From: an uncultured Verrucomicrobiae bacterium
GTDB lineage: Bacteria > Verrucomicrobiota > Verrucomicrobiia > Chthoniobacterales > UBA10450
DNA: 64,000 bases
Reading direction: 5' to 3'
Assembly (NCBI GenBank): GCA_963834385.1
Contig: CAWIBO010000003.1
Location: 160,001-224,000 of the forward strand
Within the stretch, counting starts at the first letter, position 1; every line of letters starts with the position of its first letter. Positions 20,013 to 30,695 of this stretch are shown piece after piece. A program made the position numbers and the translations under genes. The notes beneath the pieces were generated by a model. That model searched no databases. It worked only from the letters and a program-made list of their open reading frames with translations, and had not been told where the DNA came from.

Positions 20013-20465
20013 TCACAAGAATGTCACACCAAAAAAATCGCGAAAGACCTTTTGGTAGACCGGTCGCTTCATCGGGGGCAGCCACTCCAGGCGGAAATCG
20101 GCGGGCTGAATCCAGCGGAGTTGGCGAAACTCGGGGGCGGCGGTGGCGGCGGTAATGACGGCGTCTGCGTCGCGGCAGAGTTCGACCAGAAAATATTCCT
20201 GTTCCTGTCCGTTATGGCCTTTCTTGGTAAAGCCTGGCGGGAAGAGGTATCGGTAGGGGCCTTTGCGCGCGGTGACCCGATAATACTCCGCGGGAAGACC
20301 AATCTCCTCGAGCAGCTCGCGGCGCAGGGCCGCTTCCGGGTCTTCCCCCGGTTCGATGCCACCCTGCGGAAACTGCCAGGCGCCTTCCCTGTTGGCCCGT
20401 TCGCCGAGAAGAATCCGGCCCGCGCGATTCTGCACAATCCCGGCCACGCAGGGACGATAGGTCAT
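20013..20465 (-). CDS. NUDIX hydrolase, RppH-like
   Basis: YRPCVAG and WQFPQGGIEPGEDPEAALRRELLEEIG (Nudix box), GQEQEYF. Confidence 0.88.
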   Translation of the reverse strand: MTYRPCVAGIVQNRAGRILLGERANREGAWQFPQGGIEPGEDPEAALRRELLEEIGLPAEYYRVTARKGPYRYLFPPGFTKKGHNGQEQEYFLVELCRDADAVITAATAAPEFRQLRWIQPADFRLEWLPPMKRPVYQKVFRDFFGVTFL

Positions 20466-20541
20466 GCCGGAAGATGGCACGCCCCGGGGTTTCGCTCGAA
20501 CGGGCGCTCGCGCGGAGCCACGAAAGGGAGTATCTCGCCCG

Positions 20542-21027
20542 ATGCCGATCAGCTTCCGAAACGCGTTTTATGCGGGCGCGTTGCTCGCCCTTGTGGTGGG
20601 GCTTTGGCTGGCCCGCCTTTGGCAACCGGAACGCCAGGTGCGTCTGCACACGGAGCATCTCCTGGCGGCGGCGAACGGGCGGGATTGGCAGGAGATCGAG
20701 GAATTTGTCGCGATGGATTACCGCGATCAATGGGGGCACGACCGGGAGGAGGCGTTGCGCCGCCTGCGCCTGGTCCTGCAATATGCCCGCGGCGCGCGCC
20801 TCCAGTCCGGGCTTCCCTCGGTCGAAATCACCGGACGCCAGGGCCTCTGGCTGGGGACGATCAAGGTGGAAGGGGAGGGCGAAGGGGCGGCCCTGCTGGC
20901 GGAGCGGATCAATCCGCTGGAGGTGCCGTTCCAGCTCGACTGGCAGCGCTTCTCGCGCAAGCCCTGGGACTGGCGGCTGGTGGCGGTGCGCAACCGCGCC
21001 CTGGAAATCCCCTCTGCCGGGTTCTGA
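20542..21027 (+). CDS. Hypothetical membrane-anchored protein (possible NTF2-like fold)
   Basis: N-terminal TM segment followed by DYRDQWG; plausible codon usage. Confidence 0.65.
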   Translation: MPISFRNAFYAGALLALVVGLWLARLWQPERQVRLHTEHLLAAANGRDWQEIEEFVAMDYRDQWGHDREEALRRLRLVLQYARGARLQSGLPSVEITGRQGLWLGTIKVEGEGEGAALLAERINPLEVPFQLDWQRFSRKPWDWRLVAVRNRALEIPSAGF

Positions 21028-21030
21028 TCC

Positions 21031-22212
21031 TTATTTGCCGAGAGCGGCGCGAAGTTCGGCCTTGGCCGCGACGACCTCACGTTCCGGCTCGTGGCAAAGA
21101 AGAAGGCCGCGCAGTTTGTCGCCGACAAAATATTTCGCGATGAACTTTTTCTTCGCGTGGGTGCCCTTCATTTCGATCCGGGTGGGAGCGATGGAGAAAT
21201 CGCCCACGAAATCGAAGCGGAGATCGAAAATCTGGGTCCAAAAATAGGGGATCTGCTCGTAGCGCATCCGTTTTTTGCCCGTGATATTGGCCCCGGCCAC
21301 CAGGCCCTGGGCGCGGGCGTTTTCCCAGTGCGTCTGGCGGCGCATCCCCCCCATGAGGCGGTCGGGATAAAAGGCGAGGTCGCCGATGGCAAAAATTCCC
21401 TTTTCCTCCGTCTCGAGGGAATCACCCACGGGCGAACCATGCGGCCCGGAGAGAGGGGTATTGCGGACGAGATCAAGATTCGGTTCGGCGCCGCAGGCGA
21501 CCACGGCCAGACCGGCGGGCACGCGGTTGCCGCTCTTCGTCTGGATGTTGCGCAGGACGGTTTTCCCCTCGAAACCGTTCAGGCTCTCGCCCATGAGCAG
21601 GGTGACGCCGTGCTTCTCGAAATAGCTGGTGATCCAGGCGCCGGTCTCCGGATCGACGTAGCGATTCAGGAGATAGGAATTCCGGTGCATCATGCTGACC
21701 TTGATTTTGAGGGCGCGCAGGTGCGAGGCGGTCTCGCAGGCGAGAAGGCCGCCGCCCACGACCATGACCGTTTTTTCGTTGCCGGCCATTTCCCGGAGGG
21801 CGTTGGCATCGCGGATGGTGCGAAGATAAATGACGTTGCCAAGGCCGACGCCGGCGACCGGGGGGCGGACGGGGCGGCTGCCCATGGCGAGGCAGGCTTT
21901 CTTGAACTCGATGGTCTCGCCGTTGCCGAGCACGGCGAGGCGACGGTCGATGTTGAACTGGGTGACGACGCAACCGGCGCGAAACTCGATTTTATGGCTG
22001 TCGTACCAACGGGGATCATGCTCGGCCAGGCGGGCCACCTGGGGCCGCTTGTCGTGCAGGTAATGCTTCGAGAGCAACCAGCGTTTGTAAGGATGGAACG
22101 TCTCGGCGCCGACCAGGGTGACCGAGCCGCGTTTGTCGTATTTGCGAATGGCTTCGCAGACGCTCGCGCCGCCAATTCCGGCCCCGATAATAAGGTAATC
22201 CCGCTGAATCAT
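21031..22212 (-). CDS. FAD-dependent NAD(P)H oxidoreductase (ferredoxin reductase-like)
   Basis: YLIIGAGIGG, PYKRWLLSK, VVGGG, IFAIGD and IPYFWT motifs. Confidence 0.88.
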   Translation of the reverse strand: MIQRDYLIIGAGIGGASVCEAIRKYDKRGSVTLVGAETFHPYKRWLLSKHYLHDKRPQVARLAEHDPRWYDSHKIEFRAGCVVTQFNIDRRLAVLGNGETIEFKKACLAMGSRPVRPPVAGVGLGNVIYLRTIRDANALREMAGNEKTVMVVGGGLLACETASHLRALKIKVSMMHRNSYLLNRYVDPETGAWITSYFEKHGVTLLMGESLNGFEGKTVLRNIQTKSGNRVPAGLAVVACGAEPNLDLVRNTPLSGPHGSPVGDSLETEEKGIFAIGDLAFYPDRLMGGMRRQTHWENARAQGLVAGANITGKKRMRYEQIPYFWTQIFDLRFDFVGDFSIAPTRIEMKGTHAKKKFIAKYFVGDKLRGLLLCHEPEREVVAAKAELRAALGK

Positions 22213-22297
22213 CTGAAGATTGCCGGACGATAGAGAAGCGGTGCGCGCACTGGCGAGGCAAAAATGAGAGGGGGCGTGAAGAGCGGGCCGGGGCGGC

Positions 22298-23629
22298 TCA
22301 GGCGAGGACGGCCCGGCAGATGATAACGGAGGCGACAATGCCCGCCCCGTCGGCCAGCAACCCGGTCGGAATGGCATGGCGCGTCTGGGTCACGCCAACC
22401 GAGCCGAAATAGACTGCGACGACGTAAAAGGTGGTCTCGGTACTGCCGAAGATGGTGGCGGCCATGAGGGTGACGATGTTCTCGGGGCCGAGGCGCTGGA
22501 TCAGCTCGGTAAACAGGGCCAGGGAAGCCCCGCCGCTGAGAGGGCGCATGAGGGCGAGCGGAAGGAGATCGGGCGGGAACTGGAGCGGCGCCAGCACCGG
22601 GGTCAGCCCGCGGGTGAGGAGATCGATGCCGCCCGCGCCTTTAAACATGTTGATCGCCACCAGCATGGTCACGAGGAACGGGATGATCTTAAGGATGACG
22701 CTGAAGCCTTCCTTGGCGCCCTCGACAAACTCGTCGTAAACGCTGATGCCGCGGGTCATGGCGAAGAGCGGGAAAAAGCTGAGGAGAAAGGGGATGGCCA
22801 GGAGCGAGAGAGCGTTGACGCCGCGGACGAAGCCGGTTTCGTCAGGCGCGGTGGCAAGACCGAACCAGGCGGGGAAGGTGCCCCGGAGAAAGAGGGCCAC
22901 GAAGAAGAGAACCAGGAGCCAGAGGGCGGCCCGGCCCCACCAGGGCGGAGCCGTCTCGACGACCGTCGCCTCGGGGACCTCGAGAGCCTCGTGTTCGGCC
23001 CAGGTTTCGGTCGCGCGGCTGAGGGCGCTCCGGTCCGGGGCGCGCACGGCGAAGACGGGCCAGCGTTCCAGGAGTTTTACCACCACGATGGCCACGATGG
23101 TGGAACAAAGCGTGGCCAGGAGGGCGGTCCCGACGATGGCGGTGGGCCGGGCCGACCCGGCGGAGGCGAGGAGGGCAATGGCGGTGGCGGGGATCAACTG
23201 GATGGAGCTGGTGTTAATCGCGAGGAAGGTGACCATGGCGTTGGTGGCGACGCCGGGGACCTTGTTCAACCGCTGAAGATCGCGCATGGCCCGCAGCCCG
23301 AGCGGAGTCGCGGCGTTGCCCAGGCCGAGCATGTTGGCCGCCATGTTCATCAGCATCGAGCCCATGGCCGGATGGTCAGGCGGCACATCGGGAAAAAGGC
23401 GGCGCAGCACCGGGCGCAGGCCGCGCGCCATTTTCTGGACGAGGCCGGCCCGCTCGGCCAGGCGCATGACGCCGAGCCAGAGGGCCATGATCCCAATCAA
23501 GCCGAGGGAAATGGTGGCGGCGGTTTTGGCCCCGTCAAAAGCGCCTTCGGTGACTTCCTTGAGCCGGTCGGTGGCGCCGCCGAGGACAACCGCGAGAAGG
23601 ATGAGCGAGAACCAGATATAATTCAGCAC
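22298..23629 (-). CDS. SpmA/SpmB fusion (nucleoside-recognition gate domain) membrane protein
   Basis: MLNYIW, ANMLGLGNAATPLG, FVEGAKEG, RPLSG and GSTETTFYV motifs. Confidence 0.9.
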   Translation of the reverse strand: MLNYIWFSLILLAVVLGGATDRLKEVTEGAFDGAKTAATISLGLIGIMALWLGVMRLAERAGLVQKMARGLRPVLRRLFPDVPPDHPAMGSMLMNMAANMLGLGNAATPLGLRAMRDLQRLNKVPGVATNAMVTFLAINTSSIQLIPATAIALLASAGSARPTAIVGTALLATLCSTIVAIVVVKLLERWPVFAVRAPDRSALSRATETWAEHEALEVPEATVVETAPPWWGRAALWLLVLFFVALFLRGTFPAWFGLATAPDETGFVRGVNALSLLAIPFLLSFFPLFAMTRGISVYDEFVEGAKEGFSVILKIIPFLVTMLVAINMFKGAGGIDLLTRGLTPVLAPLQFPPDLLPLALMRPLSGGASLALFTELIQRLGPENIVTLMAATIFGSTETTFYVVAVYFGSVGVTQTRHAIPTGLLADGAGIVASVIICRAVLA

Positions 23630-23700
23630 CGGCCCACTCTTAAACGCGATGGCCCCGCCACGGGAAGCGGGATTTTTTCAGTCGCGACACCTGGTCCGGC

Positions 23701-24771
23701 TCAGCGCCGGGCTTTAACCGGGCGCGCGGCGAGGCGTCCCTGACCGAGCGCCTGGCGCGACTGGGCGAGACGCTGCGCGGCCTTGGGATAGGAGGGCATC
23801 AGGCGCAGCGCTTTTTCAAAGGCGGCCACCGCCTCGCGATGGCGTTGCTGGTGCTGGTAGGCGCAGCCGAGATGGTACCACACCGGTGCGTAGCTGGCGT
23901 TGAGATCGGCGCCCCGTTTCAAATGCATCAGGCCGGCTTTCGTCTGGCCGACCGCGGAAAGGCAAAAGCCCAGTTGCGACTGCACGAGAAAATCGCGCGG
24001 GTTCAGTCGCGCCGCGCGTTGCAACGGGCGAATCGCCTCGGGAATGCGGTTAAGGTTGATGTAGGCATATCCGACGGTGGCCAGGATGTCGGCGGCGTCC
24101 GGGGAGACATCAGCCGCGCGGGAGAGGGCGTTCAGGGAGGCCTGGGCCCGTCCCTGTTCCTTTTCCGCCCGGGCCAGGAGGAGCCAGGACACCGCGTAGG
24201 ACGGGGCCACCTCGGTGCCACGGCGCGCGTGCTGCACGGCGTCGGCGCGTCGGCCGAGACGATGGCTGGCGTCGCTCAGGAGCCAGTGCGATTCCGGCCA
24301 CGCTGGCTGCAATTTGGCGGCCCGCTTCAAAGGGGGAATGGCAGCGGCAAAGCGACCAAGGGAACCTTCCGCCACGCCGAGGCCGAAGTGCGCGTGGGCC
24401 ATTCCCGGGTCGAGCGCCACGGCCCGTTCCAGGCTGCTTTTCGCATCCTGCAACTGGCCGAAGAGCAGGCTCAACATCCCGCGAAAACTGTGCGCTCCCG
24501 CGCTTTGCGGATGCCGCGCGGTCAAATCGCGGGCCAGCGTGAGGCCTCGTTTGATCTGCCCGGACTGAAGCGCGGCCACGGTCTTGTTGACCAGCGGGTC
24601 GCGCAGGGCCGCGTCGTCCCGGCGCTGCAGGCCCTTCTCCACGCGCGGCTTCACCAGTTTCTCGGGCGGCGGCAGCTTTTTCAAAAGCCGGTCGATGGCC
24701 GGGTCGGCGGCATCGGCGCCGGCACCGGCCAGAAAAGCAAAGGCGAAGATCGCCAGGAAGCGATGCCGCAT
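23701..24771 (-). CDS. Exported tetratricopeptide repeat protein
   Basis: Signal peptide followed by several 34-aa TPR units (e.g. AHFGLG...LKRAAKLQP, VWYHLG...FEKALRLMP). Confidence 0.85.
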   Translation of the reverse strand: MRHRFLAIFAFAFLAGAGADAADPAIDRLLKKLPPPEKLVKPRVEKGLQRRDDAALRDPLVNKTVAALQSGQIKRGLTLARDLTARHPQSAGAHSFRGMLSLLFGQLQDAKSSLERAVALDPGMAHAHFGLGVAEGSLGRFAAAIPPLKRAAKLQPAWPESHWLLSDASHRLGRRADAVQHARRGTEVAPSYAVSWLLLARAEKEQGRAQASLNALSRAADVSPDAADILATVGYAYINLNRIPEAIRPLQRAARLNPRDFLVQSQLGFCLSAVGQTKAGLMHLKRGADLNASYAPVWYHLGCAYQHQQRHREAVAAFEKALRLMPSYPKAAQRLAQSRQALGQGRLAARPVKARR

Positions 24772-24859
24772 GCCGCGCTTGGTAACGCCCCGGCGCGATT
24801 CTGACAAGAAGATTTTAAAGTGATTGCGTGCCGCGGTTCCGCTTTGCTAGAGCAGAACG

Positions 24860-25732
24860 GTGCGTTGGTTGCGCTTCCAGATCGCGCTCTGGTTTTTCCC
24901 GGCCGTTTTTTGTCTCGGATGGGCGGTCCCGGCGGAAGCGGGCCGCACCTGCGTGTGGAAAGTGACCGGCGAAAATGGCCGGACTCTCTTTCTCGGCGGC
25001 TCAATCCACATGCTGCGGAAGACGGATTATCCGCTGCCGGCCGCCTTCAACCAGGCTTTCGAAGCTTCCTCACGCCTTGCCTTTGAGGTCGATTCCAAAG
25101 CCTACCATCGGTCCGGTTCGGACCTCGGAAAAGCGGGCGAATATCCGCGGCGGGACAATCTGAAGAATCACGTCGATCCGCGAACCTACGATTATCTGCG
25201 GCGCTTTTTCGCCCTGGTCCAGGTGCCCGAGGAGAAATTTTCCCGCTTCAAACCCTGGGCGCTGGCGCTCTTCCTGCAGACTCCGGGAAGCGATTTTTCC
25301 TCCGAGCTCGGGGTGGAGAGTTTCCTGGAACGCCGGGCCCGAAGGCATGGCAAGGCGATCGAGGGTCTCGAGTCGGCGCGGGAACATCTGGACGTGTTTG
25401 CGGGCCTGGGCGACCGGCCGAGCGAAGCGCTGCTCCTGCTTACGTTCATCCCGGCGGAGAATCCGGGGCGGCAGGGCGACAATGTCCTGAAGGCGTGGCG
25501 CCGCGGCGACGCAGAGGCCATCTGGCGTTCCACCCGCAGCAGTTTTCGCGACTATCCCGCGCTGGGCGATCGTCTGCTGGAGGAGCGGAACCGGCGCTGG
25601 ATGCCGCATCTCGATCGTTATCTGCGCTCCGGCCAGACCTATTTCGTGGTGGTGGGCGCGGCCCACCTCGGGGGGCCGGGCGGCCTGCTCCAGCTTTTGC
25701 GCCAGCGCGGTTGCCGAATCGAACAGTTGTAA
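24860..25732 (+). CDS. TraB/GumN family protein
   Basis: Signal peptide, LFLGGSIH, GLES, RNRRW and FVVVGAAHLGG motifs. Confidence 0.9.
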   Translation: MRWLRFQIALWFFPAVFCLGWAVPAEAGRTCVWKVTGENGRTLFLGGSIHMLRKTDYPLPAAFNQAFEASSRLAFEVDSKAYHRSGSDLGKAGEYPRRDNLKNHVDPRTYDYLRRFFALVQVPEEKFSRFKPWALALFLQTPGSDFSSELGVESFLERRARRHGKAIEGLESAREHLDVFAGLGDRPSEALLLLTFIPAENPGRQGDNVLKAWRRGDAEAIWRSTRSSFRDYPALGDRLLEERNRRWMPHLDRYLRSGQTYFVVVGAAHLGGPGGLLQLLRQRGCRIEQL

Positions 25733-25759
25733 GCGGCGTTTTCCCGCCCAGGGCCGGGG

Positions 25760-27421
25760 CTAACCGGCGCGGAGGAGCGTGGCCGCGTGTTTGATGGCCG
25801 ACTCCGTTTTGCCCCCGAGCATCCGGGCGACCTCCTCCTGCCGCGCCTTGCCGGTCACTTCGTGCAACTGGGAAAAGGTGCGTCCCTGCGACACCTCCTT
25901 GGTCACGACAAAGTGTGAGGAGGCCATGGCCGCGACCTGGGGGAGATGGGTGATGCAAAGAACCTGATGCGCCCCGGCCAGAGTCCGCATCTTTTCGCCC
26001 ACCGCGTTGGCGATTTCGCCACCGACGTTGGCGTCGATCTCGTCGAAAACGAGGAGCGGAATCGCATCCTGTTCGGCCAGAGCCGATTTCACCGCGAGCA
26101 TGAGCCGCGAAATTTCGCCGCTCGAGGCGATGGCGCGGAGCGGCTTGGGCGGCTCGCCCGGGTTTGGGGAAAACATCAGTTCGACGGCCTCAAGGCCGGT
26201 GGCGCGCGGCTCCGCGGCGGTTAGCCGCGTTTCGAATTCCGATTGGCGGAACCCGAGGTCGCGCAGGTGTTGCCGGATGGTTGAAGCCAGCTTGGGAGCG
26301 GCCTTGCCCCGGGACCGGGAGAGCGCCTTGGCGTCCCGGTCGAACCCGGTTTCGGCCGCCTCGATTTCACGGGCGAGCCGTTCCAGCTCGGCGTCGCGCC
26401 CTTCCAGACGCTGCAGGCGCGCCTGCGCCGTTTCGCCCGCGGCGATGACTTCCGCGAGGGTGCCGCCGTATTTGCGTTTCAGGGTTTCGAGCAGGCTGAC
26501 CCGCTGCTCGAGCGCGGCCAGTTGCTCGGGATCGAGGTCGAGGCGTTCGGCATACTGGCCGAGCGCACGCGCGATTTCCGAAAGCTCGACCACGCTGGCC
26601 GCATGCGCCGCCGCCCAGGACTCCGCCGCCGGGTCGATCTTTTCCAAATCGCGCAATTGCTTCTGCGTCTCGGCCAGTTGCGAGAGGATGGAGTCATCCG
26701 CCTCGGCCAAACGGTTGGCGAGGCCGCCGGCCAGTTCAATGAGGCGTTTGCTGTTGCTGGCCAGGCGATAGCGGGAGTTGATTTCCTCTTCCTCATCCGC
26801 GGAGAGATGCGCGGCCGCGATCTCGGCGGCCTGGTGCCGCAACAACTCGACCTCCTGTTCCCGCGCCGCTTCCGAGGTGCTGAGGGCGGTGTGCTCGTCC
26901 CGGAGGGTTTGCCACCGGCGAAAGCTCCGGCGGGTCTGCTCGAGCAAATCCCCGGCACGGGCAAAGCCATCGAGCAACGCCAGTTGCCGCTCGGGCGAAA
27001 GCAACGACTGGTGATCGTGCGGGCCGTGCAGGTCGACCAGTTCGTCACCCAGATTTTTCAGGACAGCCAGGGTGGTCGGGGAACCGTTGATGAATTGCCG
27101 GTTGGCGCCGGTCGCGGTCAGGCTGCGCTTGAGGATGAGCTGGCCGTCGCCGGGTTCGATGCCGGCCTCGGCCAGGGTGGTCTCCAACCGGGCGAGGTCG
27201 CCCCCTTCGAAGACCGCCTCGACCACACACTGGTCGGCGCCGGTGCGGATGAGTGATTTATCCGCGCGCTCGCCGAGGACAAGATGAAGGGCGCCGATGA
27301 TGATTGACTTGCCGGCGCCGGTCTCGCCGGTGATGGCGGTGAAGCCGGCGCCGGGCTGCCAGGAGAGATCCTCGACGAGGGCGAGGTTCTTGATTCGCAG
27401 CAGGGTAAGGACCGCAGGCAT
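25760..27421 (-). CDS. recN: DNA repair protein RecN
   Basis: TGETGAGKS, ASSGEISRLML, FDEIDANVGG, CITHLPQVA and EVARMLGG motifs. Confidence 0.97.
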   Translation of the reverse strand: MPAVLTLLRIKNLALVEDLSWQPGAGFTAITGETGAGKSIIIGALHLVLGERADKSLIRTGADQCVVEAVFEGGDLARLETTLAEAGIEPGDGQLILKRSLTATGANRQFINGSPTTLAVLKNLGDELVDLHGPHDHQSLLSPERQLALLDGFARAGDLLEQTRRSFRRWQTLRDEHTALSTSEAAREQEVELLRHQAAEIAAAHLSADEEEEINSRYRLASNSKRLIELAGGLANRLAEADDSILSQLAETQKQLRDLEKIDPAAESWAAAHAASVVELSEIARALGQYAERLDLDPEQLAALEQRVSLLETLKRKYGGTLAEVIAAGETAQARLQRLEGRDAELERLAREIEAAETGFDRDAKALSRSRGKAAPKLASTIRQHLRDLGFRQSEFETRLTAAEPRATGLEAVELMFSPNPGEPPKPLRAIASSGEISRLMLAVKSALAEQDAIPLLVFDEIDANVGGEIANAVGEKMRTLAGAHQVLCITHLPQVAAMASSHFVVTKEVSQGRTFSQLHEVTGKARQEEVARMLGGKTESAIKHAATLLRAG

Positions 27422-27483
27422 GTCGACGAATTGCAGGTTGAGGGTTGAGCGAAAAGAGGGGACGGCGGAAACTGCCGCTCCTT

Positions 27484-28296
27484 TTGAACGCTTCGGACCC
27501 TCCACTCTCAACAAAAAACTCTCAACTGTCCGTCGTTTTCCTCGGGACCGGCACTTCGCAGGGCGTGCCCATGATCGGGTGCGACTGCGCGGTTTGCCGT
27601 TCGCCCGATCCGCGGGACAAGCGGACGCGTTCCTCGATTTATGTGCGGACGCCGGAATGCGCGCTGGTGGTGGACACCGGGACCGACTTCCGGACACAGG
27701 TCCTGCGCGAAAACATCCGGCATCTCGACGCGGTCCTGTTCACCCATTCGCACACCGACCACATCATGGGCTTTGACGATCTTCGCCGTTTCGGCGCGGC
27801 GCGGGGCGGCACCATGCCGGTCTATGCGGCGCCGGAGACGATGCGCGACCTCGAGCGGGTCTTCGAGTTTGCCTTCAAGGCGACGAATCCCTTTCCGGGC
27901 TATCTGCAACCGGAGCCGCATTTGGTCGAGGGGCCATTCCGGCTGGGCGAAACCGTGATTACGCCGCTGCCGGTGCCGCATGGGCAGTTCACCGTGAACG
28001 GCTATCTCTTCGCGCGGGGCGAACGCCGGCTGGTGGCCTACCTGAGCGACTGCAGCGAGGTCCCGGCGGAGATTGTCCGGCAGATCGAAGGAGTGGAAAC
28101 GCTGATCATCGATGCCCTGCGCCACAAGCCTCATCCGACCCACCTGAGCGTTGACCAGGCCCTGGCCGTGGCCGCGCGGGTCCGGCCGGGGCGCGCCTAT
28201 TTCACCCACATTGCGCACGAGCTGCCGCACCGTGCCGGGGAAACTCTTCCACCGGGAGCGCACCTCGCGTATGACGGCCTTCAGTTGCATCATTAG
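27484..28296 (+). CDS. Metallo-beta-lactamase-fold hydrolase, PhnP/YycJ-like (start uncertain)
   Basis: FLGTGTSQGVPMIGCDCAVC, THSHTDH and FTHIAH motifs. Confidence 0.9.
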   Translation: MNASDPPLSTKNSQLSVVFLGTGTSQGVPMIGCDCAVCRSPDPRDKRTRSSIYVRTPECALVVDTGTDFRTQVLRENIRHLDAVLFTHSHTDHIMGFDDLRRFGAARGGTMPVYAAPETMRDLERVFEFAFKATNPFPGYLQPEPHLVEGPFRLGETVITPLPVPHGQFTVNGYLFARGERRLVAYLSDCSEVPAEIVRQIEGVETLIIDALRHKPHPTHLSVDQALAVAARVRPGRAYFTHIAHELPHRAGETLPPGAHLAYDGLQLHH

Positions 28297-28297
28297 G

Positions 28298-29868
28298 ATG
28301 ATGAACCGCTGTCTCGCCCTTTTTCTCGTCGTGCTCGCCGGGCAGACCATGCCGGCGAAAGCGGAGGATCCGGCCACCGCCGCGACGATCGTCATCTATA
28401 ACGCGAACTTCGCCGGTTCGCGTGAACTGGCCCATTTCTATGCGGAGAAGCGCTCCATTCCGAAGGCCCACGTGATCGGCCTGGAGTGCCCGGTCGGGGA
28501 GGAAATCAGCCGGGAGCAATACGACGACACCATCGCGGAACCGCTGCGGGAAATATTTTTGGAGCGCGGCTGGTGGCTCCTGCGCGACGAGGAAGAGCCG
28601 GACCGGGGCGTTCTGACCACGCGCATCCGGTTCGTGGCCTTGATCCGCGGCATGCCCATGAAGATCCGGGGGCGGCCAACTACGCCGACGATCAGCCGGG
28701 GCCGGGGCCGATCGGCGACCGCTCCGAGGCCTCGGTCGATTCGGAGCTGAGCGCTCTGGGACGTTTCACGGGGCAGATCTCCGGCGCCCTGAACAATCCC
28801 TATTTCCAGAGCAACCTGCGGGCGCGTGACCTGCCGGATCCCGCGCTCCTTTTCGTCTGCCGCCTGGACGCGGCGGACGATGGGACGGTGCGGCGAATGA
28901 TCACCGAGAGCCTGGCGGCGGAAAAGGGCGGGCTTTGGGGGCGGGCCTACGTGGATGGCGCGCGCAACACCTCGCCGGGTCTCAAGGTCGGGGACGACTG
29001 GCTGCGCGAAGTGGTGCTGGCGTTGCGCCGAAAGGGCATCCCGGTGGTCTTTGACGATGCGCCGGGCATTTTCCCGGCCGGTTTCCCGGTGACCGATTGT
29101 TCCCTTTACTACGGCTGGTACACGCCCGGGGTGGCCGGGCCATTCGCGGACGAGGAGTTTCGGTTCGTGCCCGGGGCGGTGGCGGTGCACATCCATTCCT
29201 TCAGTGCGCAGACCCTGCGGGATGCGAAGACGGGCTGGGTCGCTCCGTTGCTGGCGCGCGGGGCCGCGGCCTCGCTGGGCAATGTTTACGAACCGTATCT
29301 GCAGCTGACCTCGGAGTTGCACATCCTGAATGACCGGCTGCTGCAGGGATTTACGCTCGCGGAGAGCGCCTACATGTCGATGCGCGCCCTTTCCTGGATG
29401 AACGTGGTGGTGGGCGACCCGCTCTACCGCCCGTTTGCGACCTGGACCGAGATCGACCCGGCGCCCGGCCCGCGCCCCGCCGCCGCGTGGAAGGCCTGCC
29501 ATGCCTTTGCCATGAAGAACTCGGGCCTGCCGCCGGAGGGTTATCGCAAACTGGCTCGCCTGACGGCGTCGCGCACGGGGAACGGGCCGATGCTGGAGGA
29601 CCTCGGGAGCCGGGCGGCGGAGGCTGGAGAATACCTCGAGGCGGTCAGCTTTTTCCAGCAGGCCCGCTCGGTCTACGAGGCGCGCGATGACATTGTCCGC
29701 GTCGTCCTCCTGGAAGCGGACGCCTGGGTGAAGGCCAACAAACCCGGGCGTGCCCTTGCGCTTGTTCGGAGCGTTGTGCGCATTGTCTCGAGTTCGCCCG
29801 CGGCGCCACTCCTGCGCAAACTGGAACAGGAACTGGCCCCGCCCGCGGGGGCGACGCCGCCGCGCTGA
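28298..29868 (+). CDS. TIGR03790-like exported protein (apparent 1-nt deletion in G run near 28670)
   Basis: Signal peptide, IVIYNAN...SRELAHFYA, ASVDSEL, NPYF, YYGWY, HIHSFSA, GNVYEPYL and VGDPLYRPF. The two ORFs join at the G run. Confidence 0.75.
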
Positions 29869-29881
29869 GGCCGGGCCGGGA

Positions 29882-30661
29882 TCAGCGGATGATTCCGCGC
29901 TGCGAGTTCTCGATGAAGGCGACGATCTGGTTGATGGCCTCGCTCGCCGGCAACTGGCTCCGGATCGCTTCCACCGCCTGCCGGGTATTGAACTCGGAGC
30001 GGTAGATCAGCTTGAAAGCCTGCTTGATCGCCTTCACCTCGTCTGCGGGATACCCATGGCGCTCGAGACCGACGAGGTTGACCCCGCGCACTTCCGCCGG
30101 GTTGCCGTCGGCAATCATGAATGGCGGGACATCCTGCACGATTTTGGAACAGCCGCCGGTGATGGCGAAGCGGCCGATCCGGCAGAACTGATGCACGGCG
30201 GTGAGCCCGCCCATGACGGCATGATCGCCCACCTCGACGTGTCCCGCGAGGGTGCCGTTGTTCGAGAAGATGACCGCGTCGCCCACGGTGCAGTCATGCC
30301 CGATGTGGCTGTAGGCCAGGAAATTTCCTCCGCTGCCGATTCGGGTCCGGCTTTCCGCGCCGGTGCTGCGATTGACGGTGACGAATTCGCGGAAGGTGTT
30401 GTCGTTTCCAATCTCGAGATAGGTCGGTTCGCCCCGGTATTTCAGATCCTGCGTCTGCTGCCCGATGGAGCAGTAGGCGTAGAACTTGTTGCCGGCGCCG
30501 GCCGTCATCGGCCCGGCCAGGGTGACGTGATGCTGCAGCCAGCAACCGGGGCCGAGCACGACCCCGGGACCGACGATGCAGTAGGGGCCCACGGTTGTCC
30601 CGGCGCCGAGTTCGGCCCCGGCGTCGATGATGGCGGTGGGATGGATCTCGGCTCCACTCAT
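29882..30661 (-). CDS. lpxA: UDP-N-acetylglucosamine O-acyltransferase
   Basis: IHPTAII, QDLKY, HIGHDC, LAGHV, VHQFCRIG and hexapeptide repeats. Confidence 0.97.
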   Translation of the reverse strand: MSGAEIHPTAIIDAGAELGAGTTVGPYCIVGPGVVLGPGCWLQHHVTLAGPMTAGAGNKFYAYCSIGQQTQDLKYRGEPTYLEIGNDNTFREFVTVNRSTGAESRTRIGSGGNFLAYSHIGHDCTVGDAVIFSNNGTLAGHVEVGDHAVMGGLTAVHQFCRIGRFAITGGCSKIVQDVPPFMIADGNPAEVRGVNLVGLERHGYPADEVKAIKQAFKLIYRSEFNTRQAVEAIRSQLPASEAINQIVAFIENSQRGIIR

Positions 30662-30695
30662 CGGCGCCTGAAAAATGGAGGCGGCAGCCTGTGCT

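Noticed and set aside
22298..23629. SpmAB as evidence of sporulation
   Set aside because: The fused form is common in non-sporulating Gram-negative bacteria.
24860..25732. TraB as a sign of a conjugative element
   Set aside because: TraB/GumN is a chromosomal metalloprotease-like family; no relaxase, T4SS or integrase is nearby.
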